Part shown: positions 30,317 to 40,874 of the stretch, piece by piece
Position numbering within the stretch: position 1 is the first letter of the stretch
How the letters are laid out: each line of letters opens with the position of its first letter
Source of the DNA: an uncultured Acidobacteriota bacterium
GTDB taxonomy: Bacteria; Acidobacteriota; Thermoanaerobaculia; UBA5066; Gp7-AA6
Length of the DNA: 64,000 nucleotides
NCBI GenBank assembly: GCA_963810205.1
Contig: CAWEMP010000016.1
Span: 140,001 to 204,000 of the forward strand
Reading direction: 5' to 3'
Notes under the pieces: model-generated
What the model saw: the letters and a program-made list of their open reading frames with translations, nothing else
Database searches by the model: none
Told to the model about the DNA's origin: nothing
Translations under genes and position numbers: made by a program

Positions 30317-31504
30317 TCAGGCGACCGACTCCAGGACGAGGGCGATGCCCTGGCCGCCGCCGATACACGCGCCGGCAAGGCCGTAGCGGACGCCGCGGCG
30401 CCTCATCTCCTTGAGCAGGGTGAGCGTGCAGCGCGTCCCGCGTCGCGGCCAGCGGGTGGCCGAGCGCGATCGCGCCGCCGTTGACGTTCAGCGTCTGCGA
30501 GGTCGAGCCCAAGCTCGCGAACGACGCCGAGGATCTGGCCGGCGAAGGCTTCGTTGATCTCCCAGAGGCCGATGTCCTTCGGGGAGAGTTCCGCCTTCGC
30601 GAGCGCGGCGCGGGCGGCGGGCGCGGGCCCGAGTCCCATGAGCTCCGGCTCGACGCCGACGACCGCCCAGGACACGAGCCGGCCGAGCGGCTTCTTGCCG
30701 CGGACGGTTTCGGCCGAAGCGACGACGACGGCCGCCGCGCCGTCCACGATGCCCGAGGCGTTGCCGGCCGTGACCGACCCGTCCTTGCCGAACGAGGGCG
30801 GCAGCGCCGCCAGGCCTTCGAGCGTCGAGTCCGGGCGCAGGTGGTCGTCCTTCTCGACGCGCACGGTCTTGCGCCCCGCCTTGACCTCGACGGGAACGAC
30901 CTCCTCCGAGAGGCGGCATGCGGCCCACGCCGCCGCGGCCCGCTGCTGCGAGGAGAGCGCGTACGCGTCCTGTTCGGCGCGCGTGATGCCGTACTTCGCG
31001 GCCACGCGATCGGAGGTCTGCGCCATGTAGAGGCCGCAGTACGAATCGAGCAGGGCGACCATCAGGGAATCCTCGAGCTGCCCCTGGCCCGAGCCGGAGG
31101 CCCTTGCGCGCGCCGCGGATGACGTGCGGCGCCTGGGACATGTTCTCGATCCCGCCGGCGAGCACGGTCTTCGCCTCGCCGAGCAGGATGCGGTGGGCGC
31201 CCTGGACGATCGACTCGAAGCCCGAGCCGCACAGCCGGTTGACGGTCAGGGCGGGGACCTCCTTGGGCACGCCCGCCTTGAGGGCCACGTGCCGGGCCCC
31301 GTAGATCGCGTCGCCCGAGGTCTGGAGGGCGTTGCCGAAGATCGCGTGGTCGATCTGGCCCGGCTCGACTCCGCTGCGGATCAGGGCCTCGCGGGCCGCA
31401 TGCACGCCGAGGTCGATCGCCGAGACGTCGGCGAAGGCTCCGTTGTACTCGGCCATCGGCGTCCGCGCGCCCTCGAGGATGAAAACGTCGGTGGATTGCG
31501 CCAT
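30317..31504 (-). CDS. acetyl-CoA C-acetyltransferase (thiolase II), three apparent frameshifts
   Basis: [12 protein letters not shown] (Cys nucleophile), [31 protein letters not shown]. Parts lie in three frames; junctions at about 31088-31095, 30495-30500 and 30430-30440. Confidence 0.85.
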
Positions 31505-31535
31505 ATGGAGCCGGGGAGTTTACCTCACTGCGAGG

Positions 31536-32584
31536 TCAGCCGAACGCTTCCCAGGCCCGCCGGTGGAACCGCTGGCGGACCTCGTTGAACGGGATCTCGC
31601 GCACCTCGGGGTGGATCCGATTCGTCAGCAGGACCGCGATCCGGTCGCGCTCCGGGTCGATCCAGAGCGAGGTCCCCGTGAAGCCCGTGTGGCCGAAGCT
31701 CGCCTCGGACATCTCCGGAATGGCGGAGCCGGCCCCCCGTCGCCCCTGCCATGCGAGGCCCCGCGCCTCGGCGAGGCCCGGTGTCCGATCCGACGTGAGG
31801 ACGCGCCGTGCGGGATCGAGCCACGCCCGCGCGAGCGTCCAGACGTCGCGTGCCGTGCCGAAGAGTCCCGCGTGGCCCGAGATGCCGCCGCGGCGAAAAG
31901 CGTTGCCGTCGTGGACCTCGCCGCGAACCACGCCGTCACGGAAGTGTGCGTAGGCCAGGCCGCGGGACTCGACCATCGCCCGCTCGAACCGGTCTCCCCG
32001 CTCGGTCGCCGCGGTCGACGCCGCGTCGGCGGGAAGAAACCGGGCCGCCGACCCGGCGGGCTTTGCGACGAGCTCCGAGAAGGCACGGTCGAGCGACGAG
32101 GCGAAGACCGACTCGAGGATCTCCGTCAGGAGAAGGATGTTCAGGTCGCTGTAGATCACGCGCTCCCCCGCGCGCCGCCTCGGGCTCCAACCTCGCCAGC
32201 GTGCGGCGGTACGCGACCGCGCCCTTCGCCGAACGCGTAGAGGGGATGCCACGCCGGGAGCCCGGACGTGTGCGTCAGCAATCGCTCCACGGTGATGCCG
32301 TCGAAGCGCAGGGTCTTCCACTCCGGAAGAAACCGGCCGGGGGCGGCGTCGAGCGGCAGATTCGCTCCGCACGCGGCCGCGAGCGCCCCGGCGCACAGCG
32401 GCTTCGTCAGGCTCGCGAGGTCGAAGAGCGTCTCGGGCGAGACGGGGCTGTCCGCGGGCTCGACGGAAGCCCGGCCGGCGCTCGCTTCCGCGAGCACTTC
32501 GTCGGCCGACCCGACGAGCGCGCAGGCTCCCGGAAAAGAGCCCGCCTCGATCTCCTCGGCCAGGAAACGATCCAGCGGCGTCAC
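31536..32584 (-). CDS. serine hydrolase (beta-lactamase / PBP4* family), two apparent frameshifts
   Basis: GTG 32584 overlaps the upstream stop. SxxK motif FDLASLTKPL, YSDLNILLL, HTGFTGTSLWIDP. Junctions at about 32205-32225 and 32160-32170. Confidence 0.8.
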
Positions 32585-33117
32585 GGGCCGAGCGATTCGA
32601 TCTGGGCGCGCCGCGGCGCCACACGGGCGGCATTCGCGACGACCGCCGGCGGCAGGGGGTCGGGCTTGCGCAGGGACGCCCGTTCCCGTTCCATGGCGGC
32701 GATTTCCGCGTCGAGGCGGGCCGCGGTCCGCGGATCGCCTGCGGCCACTCGCGCCTCCCTCAGCGAGGCAATCGCCCGGGTATAGGGCTCGAGCCCGGCT
32801 TCGGCGACCTTGCGCGAGTCGAGGGCCGAGAGCGCCTCGATGATGCGGGCCCGCACCCAGTCGAACTCGGCCGGGTCGACCCCGAGACCGCGCGCCTTCT
32901 CGGCGTCGGAGGCCGTCCGGCCGACCGTACTCCGAACTCTGAGGTAAGCGTCGATCTGAGCCTCGGTCAATCGTCCGTCGGCCGGCACCCGGAAATGAGG
33001 CTCGACACGGCTCCGGATGGCTCGGACCGGATCGAGCCCGCCGGGTTCCGACGGCTTGCACGCAACGGCGCCCGCCACCAGAGCGATCGTGAGGGAAAGG
33101 GTCGGGCCGCGCCGCAC
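32581..33117 (-). CDS. lipoprotein, unknown function
   Basis: 178 aa. Lipobox LVAGAVAC, helical remainder. Intact. Confidence 0.55.
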   Translation of the reverse strand: MRRGPTLSLTIALVAGAVACKPSEPGGLDPVRAIRSRVEPHFRVPADGRLTEAQIDAYLRVRSTVGRTASDAEKARGLGVDPAEFDWVRARIIEALSALDSRKVAEAGLEPYTRAIASLREARVAAGDPRTAARLDAEIAAMERERASLRKPDPLPPAVVANAARVAPRRAQIESLGP

Positions 33118-33209
33118 GCGCTCAGTCTACTCATCCGCAAGCTCCTTTGGGCGAACGGTTTCCGCCCGCCTCCCCTTCGTTTACACTAACGGGGTTTCCT
33201 GGCTGGCGG

Positions 33210-35043
33210 ATGCTCGACAAAATCGGCAAATACGAGGTCTCCGAGCAGATCGGCGTTGGCGGCTTCGGAGCCGTCTACCGGGGCCGGGATCCGTTCATCA
33301 AGCGGACCGTCGCGATCAAGACGTGCCAGGTCAACGACGAGGAGATCAAGCACCGGTTCTTCCGCGAGGCGGAGCTCGCCGGCAACCTCCACCACCGCCA
33401 CATCACGACGATTTACGACTTCGGGGTCGAGAACGGGATCCCCTACATCGTCCAGGAGTTCCTGACCGGCGAAGACCTCGACAAGAAGATCAAGCGCGGC
33501 GATCCGATCCCGATGTCGCGCAAGGTCGAGATCCTGATGGCGATCGCCGACGGCCTCGGCTACGCGCACAACGCGTCGATCGTTCATCGCGACGTCAAGC
33601 CCGCCAACGTGCGGATCCTCGACGACGGCACGGTGAAGGTGATGGACTTCGGGATCGCCAAGTCGCTCCAGAGCGAGTCGAATCTGACCCAGACGGGGAT
33701 CACCCTGGGAACCTCGGCTTACCTCGCGCCCGAACAGATCCGGGGCGAGGCGATCGACCGCCGGACCGACATCTTCGCTCTCGGCGTCCTCTCCTACGAG
33801 CTGCTGACCTACCGCAAGCCCTTCCGCGGCGAGCACCTCTCGACCGTGCTCTACAAGATCCTCAACGAGACGCCCGAGCCGATCGAAACCCTCGTCCAGG
33901 ACGCGCCGCCGGCGCTCATCGCCGCCGTCAACTGCGCCATGGCCAAGGCACCGGCCGAGCGTTATCCGACCATGGAGGCCTTCCGAAAGGACCTTCACGG
34001 GATCCACCGCGAGCTCGTGGGTGGCTCGGGGATGTACCCGACCATGCAGGGCGCCACCGTGCGGACCGTGAGGCCGGAATCCGACGAACTGGACACCACG
34101 CTCGCGACGCCCGCGAGCGGCGTCGTCGCGAACCGGGTCAACATCACGCCCCCTTCGGGCGCTCTCGCTCGGGCACCGGCGCCATCGGATCGGACGCCGG
34201 TCTCCGGGTCGATCTCGGGTGCCCGGCCGAATCTCGAGCTCGTCAACTTCCGGGATCCGTCGGCCGAGGCGCCGGGCGACGAAACCACCCGACGCACGAG
34301 CGAGACTGCGACGGCGAGGGAACCGGCCGTCGCCAGGACGCGAATGGTGATCTTCGGCGCCATCGCGGCGGTGATCGTCGCCGCCGTCGCCGCCTACCTG
34401 GCCATGCGTCCCGGGGCGGCGCCCGCTCCGGCCCCCGCTCCCACGCCCGCACCGGTGGTCCCGACCCCGCTCGAATTCCCGGAGCCCAGGCTCGGTGCGG
34501 GCGAGGCGCCCGCGGTCCCGGCGCCTCCCGTCGCGGCCGCCCCGGTACCCACCGCCGCTCCGCCCGCGCAGCCGACGGCAGCCGGCGGCCGCGCCCCAGA
34601 AGTTCAAGGTTCAGTTCTCCTCGGTCCCCGTCGCCACGCTCTCGGTGGACGGGAAGACGATCGGGCCGTCGATCCCGGCCCGCGTGCTTTCCCTGGACGA
34701 AGGCGAGCACACGGTGCGGCTCGAGGCCAAGGACTTCCCCCCTTACGAGCGGAAATTCCGCGTCGGGCCCAAATCCCAGAACCGCGTCCACTACCAGTTC
34801 CCCGTCTCGATGCTCGTCATCCAGGCGCCCGGCTGGGCGGGGGCGCGGGTGCTCGTCGACGGCAAGTTCCGGGGCACGCTGCCCGACGCGGCCCGCCTCA
34901 AGCTGCCGCCGGGCTCCTACAGCGTGACGCTCTCGCGCGAGGGTGCCAACCCCCTGACGGAAAAGATCGACGTTCCCGAAGGAGCTCCGAAGACGTGGAA
35001 CGCGCCGCCGCCCTCCCCTGCGGCCGCGGGAGGCAACTCATGA
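33210..35043 (+). CDS. Hanks-type Ser/Thr protein kinase with TM segment and C-terminal PEGA domain, one apparent frameshift
   Basis: GVGGFGAVYRG, AIK, HRDVKPANV, DFGIAK, APE. A TM helix, a Pro/Ala linker, then PEGA-like VQFSSVPVATLSVDGK...GSYSVTLSREG in another frame. Junction at about 34580-34596. Confidence 0.85.
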
Positions 35044-36667
35044 GACGACTCCTCGGCCTGGCCCTCGCGCTGTCCCTGATTTCCGGAGCCGGCTTCGCGC
35101 AGGACGCGAAGCTCGAGGCGGAGGCCAAGAAAGCGTTCGACTCGGGCCGCTTCAAGGAGGCCGGAGACAAGTACGCGAAGGCCGCGGAGGCCGCGGGACT
35201 CACGAACGAGCGCAAGGCCGAGCTTTCCCTCCAGAGCGCCTGGTCGTACTACATCGCCGGCAACTCCAAGAGCGCGCGCGAAGGGCTCAAGGTCGCGCTG
35301 CAGGCGCGACCCGACCTGCAGGTCATCGCGGACTTCTACAGCCCCGACTTTGCCAACCTCGCGTCGGCGGTCCGCGCCGAGGTCGCGGGAGCCAGCGTCC
35401 CGCCGATCGACGTGGAGGAGCTGAAGCGATCGGCCCGCGCGAAGCTCGCCGACGGCAAGGCCGAAGAAGCCCTCTTCGACCTCAAGCGCGCCGCCAGCTC
35501 GAACGATCCGGAGGTCGCCCGCATCCAGGCCGAGGCCAACGACCGCCTCGGCCGGACGACCGAAGCCGACGCCGCCCGGCAGCGCGCCTCGGACCTCGAA
35601 AAGGGGCTCGTGAGCTCGGCGCCGATCGGCGTGCCCCTCGACACGGCGGCCGCCGCTGCCGGGCGCCGCGCTCGTGCCGGCCGTCGCCCCGATGCTCGAG
35701 AGCGCCGAGAAGGCCCTCGCGGCGGGCGACTACCGCGCGGCGGCCTCCTTCGCGCGCCTGGCGTCGGACGCCGACTCCAAGAACGCCGAGGCGCACCGCC
35801 TTCTCGGCGACGCGGCCCTGGCCGGTGGCCAGCCGGCCGAGGCCGAGCGCGAGTTCACGGCCGCGATCGTGCTCGAGCCGGGCAACGCGAAGGCCGTCTT
35901 CGGCCTGGCCGCGCTCGCCGAGCAGCAGAAGAAGTGGAACACGGCCGCCAGTCTCTATCGCCGGGCCCTCGACCTCGATCCGAACAACGTCGCGGCGGCG
36001 CGCGGCCTCGGCCGCGCCCTCAACGAGCTCGGCGACAAGAGCGCGGCTCGCATCGCGTTCGGCCGGGCCATCGAGATCGACCCGTCTTCGGCCGCGGCGC
36101 GCAACGACTTCGGCGTCTTTCTCTTCCGCTCGGACGAGACCGACCGCTCCATCGAAGAGCTCATCGAAGCCGTGCGCCTCGACGGCACCCGTCCCGCGTA
36201 TCACGAGAACCTCGGGACGGGCCTACCGCAAGAAGAGCATGTGGAAGGAGTCGGAGCGGGAGCTCGCCGAGGCCTCGCGCCTCGCGCCCAATGACGCCGG
36301 CGTGTGGACGGCGCTCGGCCAGGTCCGCGCGGCCCAGAAGAGGCTGGACGAGGCGGCCACGGCCTACGCCACGGCGCTTTCTCTCGAGCCGGTCAACGAG
36401 GAGGCGGCGGCCTCTCTCGGGGCCGTCCTCACGTCGGCCGGCAAGCTCGCCGAGGCCGAGGCCGCCCTCGCGAAGGCGATCGAAAACAACACGAAGTCCC
36501 CCGCCCTCTGGAACAACCTCGGCGTCGCTCGGGCGAGCCGGGGCAACTACGCGGGCGCCGCCGAGGCCTTCCAGAAGGCGCTCCTGCTCGACGGGAGCTT
36601 CGATGCGGCGAGGGCCAATCTCGTGCGCTCGAGCGAGCTCGCCGCCCTGGAGAAGGCCGCTTCGTAG
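35040..36667 (+). CDS. secreted TPR-repeat protein, two apparent frameshifts
   Basis: ATG 35040 overlaps the kinase stop (ATGA). Signal peptide MRRLLGLALALSLISGAGFA. Multiple TPR units (AEAHRLLGDAAL..., WNNLGVARASRGNYAGAAEAFQKAL). Junctions at about 35655-35665 and 36214-36221. Confidence 0.75.
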
Positions 36668-36668
36668 C

Positions 36669-37544
36669 GTGGGTCCCGCCGGGCTCCTGCTGCTCTTCGT
36701 GGTGACGACGGCCGCCGCCCCCAGCGCCGCCTACCGCGCCGACGTCGAGGCGTGGAGGGCGCAGCGCCTCGCCCGGGTCCGCGCGGCGGACGGCTGGCTC
36801 TCGGTGGTCGGGCTCTTCTGGCTCGAGGAGGGCGAGAACACGGTCGGCAGCGCTCCGGGCAGCCGGGTCCTCCTGCCGGCGCCGGCTCCGCCGAGGCTGG
36901 GCTCGATCGACCTCGCAGGGGGCCGGGCCACCCTCCGACCCGCTGCGGACGCCGACGTGACCGCCAACGACCAGCCGGTCGCTGGGCCCGTGCCGCTCGC
37001 CTCGGATGCGGACGACGACCCGACGATGCTCCGCCGGGGAAGCGTCCTCTTCTACCTGATCCGCCGCGGGGACAAGATCGGCGTGCGCGTGAAGGACAGC
37101 CAGAGCGAGGCCCGCCGCACGTTTCGCGGCCTCGACTACTTCCCGATCGACCCCGGATGGCGCATCGAGGCACGCTTCGAGCCGTACGATCCTCCGAAGG
37201 CGATCTCGGTCCCGAACGTGCTCGGGCAGGACAATGCCGAGAAGTCGCCGGGCGCCATCGTGTTCGACCACGGCGGCAAGACCTACAGGCTCGATCCCGT
37301 GCTCGAGCGCGGCGAGACGGACTACTTCGTCATCTTCGGCGACCGCACGAACGGGACCGACACCTACGGCGCGGGGCGCTTCCTCTACGTGAAGCCTCCG
37401 GTCGACGGAAAGACGGTCATCGACTTCAACAAGGCCTACAACCCTCCCTGCGTCTTCACCGAGTTCGCCACCTGTCCCCTCCCGCCCCCCCAGAACAAGC
37501 TGCCGATCCGCGTGGAGGCGGGCGAGAAGGAATACCGCCACTAA
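36669..37544 (+). CDS. DUF1684 domain protein
   Basis: Starts 1 nt after the TPR stop. DGWLSVVGLFWL, YFPIDPGWR, GAGRFLY, AYNPPCVFTEFATCPLPP are characteristic of DUF1684. Intact. Confidence 0.8.
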   Translation: MGPAGLLLLFVVTTAAAPSAAYRADVEAWRAQRLARVRAADGWLSVVGLFWLEEGENTVGSAPGSRVLLPAPAPPRLGSIDLAGGRATLRPAADADVTANDQPVAGPVPLASDADDDPTMLRRGSVLFYLIRRGDKIGVRVKDSQSEARRTFRGLDYFPIDPGWRIEARFEPYDPPKAISVPNVLGQDNAEKSPGAIVFDHGGKTYRLDPVLERGETDYFVIFGDRTNGTDTYGAGRFLYVKPPVDGKTVIDFNKAYNPPCVFTEFATCPLPPPQNKLPIRVEAGEKEYRH

Positions 37545-37549
37545 GCGGG

Positions 37550-37619
37550 GTTCAGCGTTCAGGGTTCAGGGTTGAGAGTTGAGGGTCGAACTCTCAACTC
37601 TGAACTCTCGACTCTCGAC
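37550..37619. repeat. heptad-periodic palindromic intergenic element (probable bidirectional terminator hairpin)
   Basis: Ten consecutive 7-mers: GTTCAGC GTTCAGG GTTCAGG GTTGAGA GTTGAGG GTCGAAC TCTCAAC TCTGAAC TCTCGAC TCTCGAC. 37564-37578 pairs with 37591-37605 (14 of 15). Lies between convergent genes. Confidence 0.7.
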
Positions 37620-37624
37620 CCCTT

Positions 37625-38170
37625 TCACTCGAGCGCGTCGAGCAGCTCCTTCAGCATCCTCGCCGTCGCGCCCCAGATCACCTGGTCGCCGTAGTGGTAG
37701 AAGAGGACCGGCTCTTCGCGCCCGGGAAACGGCCGCGTCTCGAGCGCCTTCGGATCGAGAACCGCCGCGAGGGGAACCTCGACGAGGGCGGCGATCTCGG
37801 ACTCCTGCAGGCGGAAGGCGTACGGGTGCGGGATCGCGGCGACATAGGGCTCGACGTAGTAGTCCGTGACGGTCGTCAGCGCCGACAGGGCCCCCAGATA
37901 CCGCACGTCTTCGGGCGCCACGCCGATCTCTTCCTCGGTCTCGCGGAGGGCCGTCTGGTAGAGCGTCCCGTCGTCGTCTTCCTCCCCGCCTCCCGGGAAC
38001 GCGATCTGGCCCCGATGCCGCTCGACGCTCTCGGTGCGCCGCGTCAGCAGGACCCAGAGTGCGCCTTCCCGGACGTAGAGCGGCACGAGCACGCCGGCGC
38101 GGCGCCGGCCCTCCGTGGGTTCGACACCGACCCGCCCGCGGGCCGCGAGGCGGGCCCGCAGCTCGACCAT
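37625..38170 (-). CDS. NUDIX hydrolase (CoA pyrophosphatase-like)
   Basis: RRAGVLVPL...LLTRR...HRGQIAFPGGGEE and Nudix box LRETEEEIG. ATG 38170 is preferred; the upstream ATG 38263 would overlap prfB by 56 nt. Confidence 0.8.
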   Translation of the reverse strand: MVELRARLAARGRVGVEPTEGRRRAGVLVPLYVREGALWVLLTRRTESVERHRGQIAFPGGGEEDDDGTLYQTALRETEEEIGVAPEDVRYLGALSALTTVTDYYVEPYVAAIPHPYAFRLQESEIAALVEVPLAAVLDPKALETRPFPGREEPVLFYHYGDQVIWGATARMLKELLDALE

Positions 38171-38207
38171 CCAGGGCGCGGCGGCCGAGACTCCCGACGG
38201 GCCCGGC

Positions 38208-39330
38208 TCAGGAGGACGCACGGGCGCGGCTGCCGTCCGCCGCCGACTTGAGGTACGCCTCAACGAAGGGAGTCAGCCCGCCGTCCAGCACCCGATCGGT
38301 GTCGCCGGTCTCGAAGCCCGTGCGATGGTCCTTGACCATGCGATAGGGATGGAGCACGTAGGACCGGATCTGGCTGCCCCACTCGATCGACTTCTTCTCG
38401 CCGGCCCGCTTCTCTTCCTCGGCCCGGCGCTCGTCGAGGGCCTTTTGATAGAGCCGCCCCTTCAGCACCCGCATCGCCATCTCGCGATTGCGCCCCTGGC
38501 TGCGCTCGTTCTGGCAGGTCACGACGATCCCGCTCGGCAGGTGAGTGATCCGAACGGCCGAGTCCGTGACGTTGACGTGCTGGCCGCCGGCGCCGCTCGA
38601 GCGGTATGTATCGACACGGATGTCCTTGTCGGCGACCTCGATCTCGATGTCGTCGTCGATCTCCGGGGCCATGTACACCGAGGCAAAGGAGGTGTGCCGG
38701 CGCTGCGCCGCGTCGAAGGGAGAGATTCGCACCAGCCGGTGAACGCCCATCTCGCTCTTCAGGTATCCGTACGCGTGGTCGCCCACGACGTGAAGGGTCG
38801 CGCTCTTGATGCCCGCTTCCTCCCCGTCCTGCCGGTCGATCAGCTCCGCCTTCCAGCCGCGCGCCTCGGCGAAGCGCATGTACATCCGGAGGAGCATCTC
38901 GGCCCAGTCCTGCGACTCGGTACCGCCGGCGCCGGCGTGAATCGACATCCAGGCGTTCTTGGCATCCTCCGGGGCGCCCATCTTCACGGCGAGCTCGAGC
39001 TCGTCGGCGAAGGCCGTCGCGCCCGACAGCGACTCGCGGGCCTCTTTCTCGGCCGGCTCACCCTCGCGCAGCAGCTCCGAGAACGCCTCGAGATCACCGC
39101 GGAGCTCGTCCAGGCGCTCCGCGCTCTCGATCTTCTTCTCGAAGCCGCGGGTCTGGCGCAGGATGTCCTGGGCCTCTTCCGGCTTCGACCAGAAGTCGGG
39201 GTCGGCGGCCTTCTCCCTCAGGGCGTCGAGCGCGCTCCGCGCGGCGTCCTGATCAAAGATAGCCCCGAAGCGCGGAGAGGCGCTCCGAGGCGGCCGCGAG
39301 GGAGGAGACGAGGTCGTCGCGTTCGGTCAT
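38208..39330 (-). CDS. prfB: peptide chain release factor 2, with programmed +1 frameshift
   Basis: ORF0 MTERDDLVSSLAAASERLSALRGYL stops at TGA 39255-39253. The +1 frame continues DQDAARSALDAL...SPF...GGQHVNVTDSAVRITH. Classic RF2 autoregulatory arrangement. Confidence 0.95.
39250..39267 (-). other. prfB programmed +1 ribosomal frameshift site
   Basis: The minus strand reads CGG GGC TAT CTT TGA T. This is a CUU UGA slippery/stop context preceded by a G-rich SD-like element, nearly identical to the E. coli AGG GGG UAU CUU UGA C site. Confidence 0.9.
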
Positions 39331-40871
39331 GGGGAGTGTCGGGGGTCGTGGGTCATGCGTCGTGAGCGATCGCGCCATCCGCGCGCGAGCCCGAAGAGTA
39401 GCACGGCGAGGGCCGCCGCATCGGCGACGACCGGGAGCCGGTGGCCCCAGCGCGTCCACGGGGTCATCCCGGTTTCGAGGCGCGCCGACCCGGTCAGGGT
39501 GATCCGCTCGTCGGGCCGGGATCGCGCGAGGATGCGCCCCCGCGAATCCACGATCCCCGAGATCCCCGTGATCGCCGCCCGCAGCAGATACCGGGAGGTT
39601 TCGACCGAGCGCATGACCGCGCCGGCGAAGTGCTGCTCCTGCGCCCCCCCGCGGCCGTACCAGGAGTCGTTCGAGATCGTTGCGAGCAGGTTCGCGCCGT
39701 CGGCGACCTCCCGCCGCGCGAGCGAGGGGTAGATGATCTCGTAGCAGACGCCGACGCCGATCGCGAGGGGCCCGGACTCGAGCAGCACGGGCGCCGGCGC
39801 CGGCGTGAACTCGCCGATCGCGGTCGAGATCCGCCGCACGAAGAAGAAGAGCCGCGGCAGGGGCACGTACTCCCCGAAGGGCACCAGGTGCACCTTGCGG
39901 TACGGCGGACCGGCGAGACCGTCCTTCGTCAGGAGACGGGCGACGTTGTAGTAGCGCTCCGCGTTCTCCTCCTCGAAGTCGTTGAAGAGGATCATGGGCC
40001 CCCCGGCGGCGATCGCTCCGAAGTCGCGGCGCAGGCGATCGCTGCCCTGCCAGTGGATCGGCAGGGTCGACTCGGGGATGACGAGGAGGTCCGGGCGTTG
40101 TCGCGCCGCTTCCTCCAACTGTGCGAGCACGGAGAGGTAGCCCTCGATCCTCCCCGCGGACGTCGATCGGTCCTCTTCCGTGAGATTGGGCTGGATGAGG
40201 CCGACCGATATTTTCGGGCCCGCCTCCTCCGGCCCCGCGAGCCTCAGCGATCCCCACGCTCCGAGCACGAGAACCAGCCCGCCGGCGATCGCCAACGGCC
40301 GGAGGCGCCGGGTGACGGCGGCGTGGGACAGGAGCGCCGCGACCGCCGCGACGGCGGCGCCCACGCCGTACACGCCCCAGACGGACGCCGACTGCAGCCA
40401 GATCGGATGCCGGTACAGCGCGTGCGCCGTCAGGTTCCAGGGAAAGCCGGCGGCGAACACCGTGCGCAGGTGCTCGGCCCCGAGCCACAGCAGAGGAAAC
40501 GCGGCGAGCCGCCGGGCGCTCCCCGGGGGTGCGACGGCCGCGGTACCCCACGCCGCCAGGGCGAACGGCGGCGCGAGAATCGCCGCAGTCAGCCCGAGGC
40601 TCACGATCCCCATCGCGTCGCTCTGTCCGCCGTAGACGGTGACGACGTAAGCGATCCATCGGATCGAGAGGCACCAGTATGCGAAGGCGAACGCGACGCC
40701 GGACAGGAGCGCTCGCGTGCGGCTCTCCTCGAACACGAGCGCCGCGAGCCAGGGCGTCAGCGCGAGCGGAAGCAGGAGCACCCAGCCGAACGGCGGAAAG
40801 GCCAGTGCGAACAGCAGGCCCGAAACCGCGCCCGCGGCGAGCGTGCGCCAGCGGCCGACCCGCGAGGCCAC
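39327..40871 (-). CDS. lnt: apolipoprotein N-acyltransferase
   Basis: 514-aa intact ORF. N-terminal multi-TM domain plus C-terminal nitrilase-fold domain (VGLIQPN, VIPES, GVGVCYE). Its stop overlaps the prfB start (ATGA). Confidence 0.9.
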   Translation of the reverse strand: MASRVGRWRTLAAGAVSGLLFALAFPPFGWVLLLPLALTPWLAALVFEESRTRALLSGVAFAFAYWCLSIRWIAYVVTVYGGQSDAMGIVSLGLTAAILAPPFALAAWGTAAVAPPGSARRLAAFPLLWLGAEHLRTVFAAGFPWNLTAHALYRHPIWLQSASVWGVYGVGAAVAAVAALLSHAAVTRRLRPLAIAGGLVLVLGAWGSLRLAGPEEAGPKISVGLIQPNLTEEDRSTSAGRIEGYLSVLAQLEEAARQRPDLLVIPESTLPIHWQGSDRLRRDFGAIAAGGPMILFNDFEEENAERYYNVARLLTKDGLAGPPYRKVHLVPFGEYVPLPRLFFFVRRISTAIGEFTPAPAPVLLESGPLAIGVGVCYEIIYPSLARREVADGANLLATISNDSWYGRGGAQEQHFAGAVMRSVETSRYLLRAAITGISGIVDSRGRILARSRPDERITLTGSARLETGMTPWTRWGHRLPVVADAAALAVLLFGLARGWRDRSRRMTHDPRHSP

Positions 40872-40874
40872 GGG

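Noticed and set aside
38208-39330. Interrupted prfB as a pseudogene
   Set aside because: The interruption has the canonical CUU UGA programmed +1 frameshift signature with an upstream SD-like element, so it is functional gene architecture.
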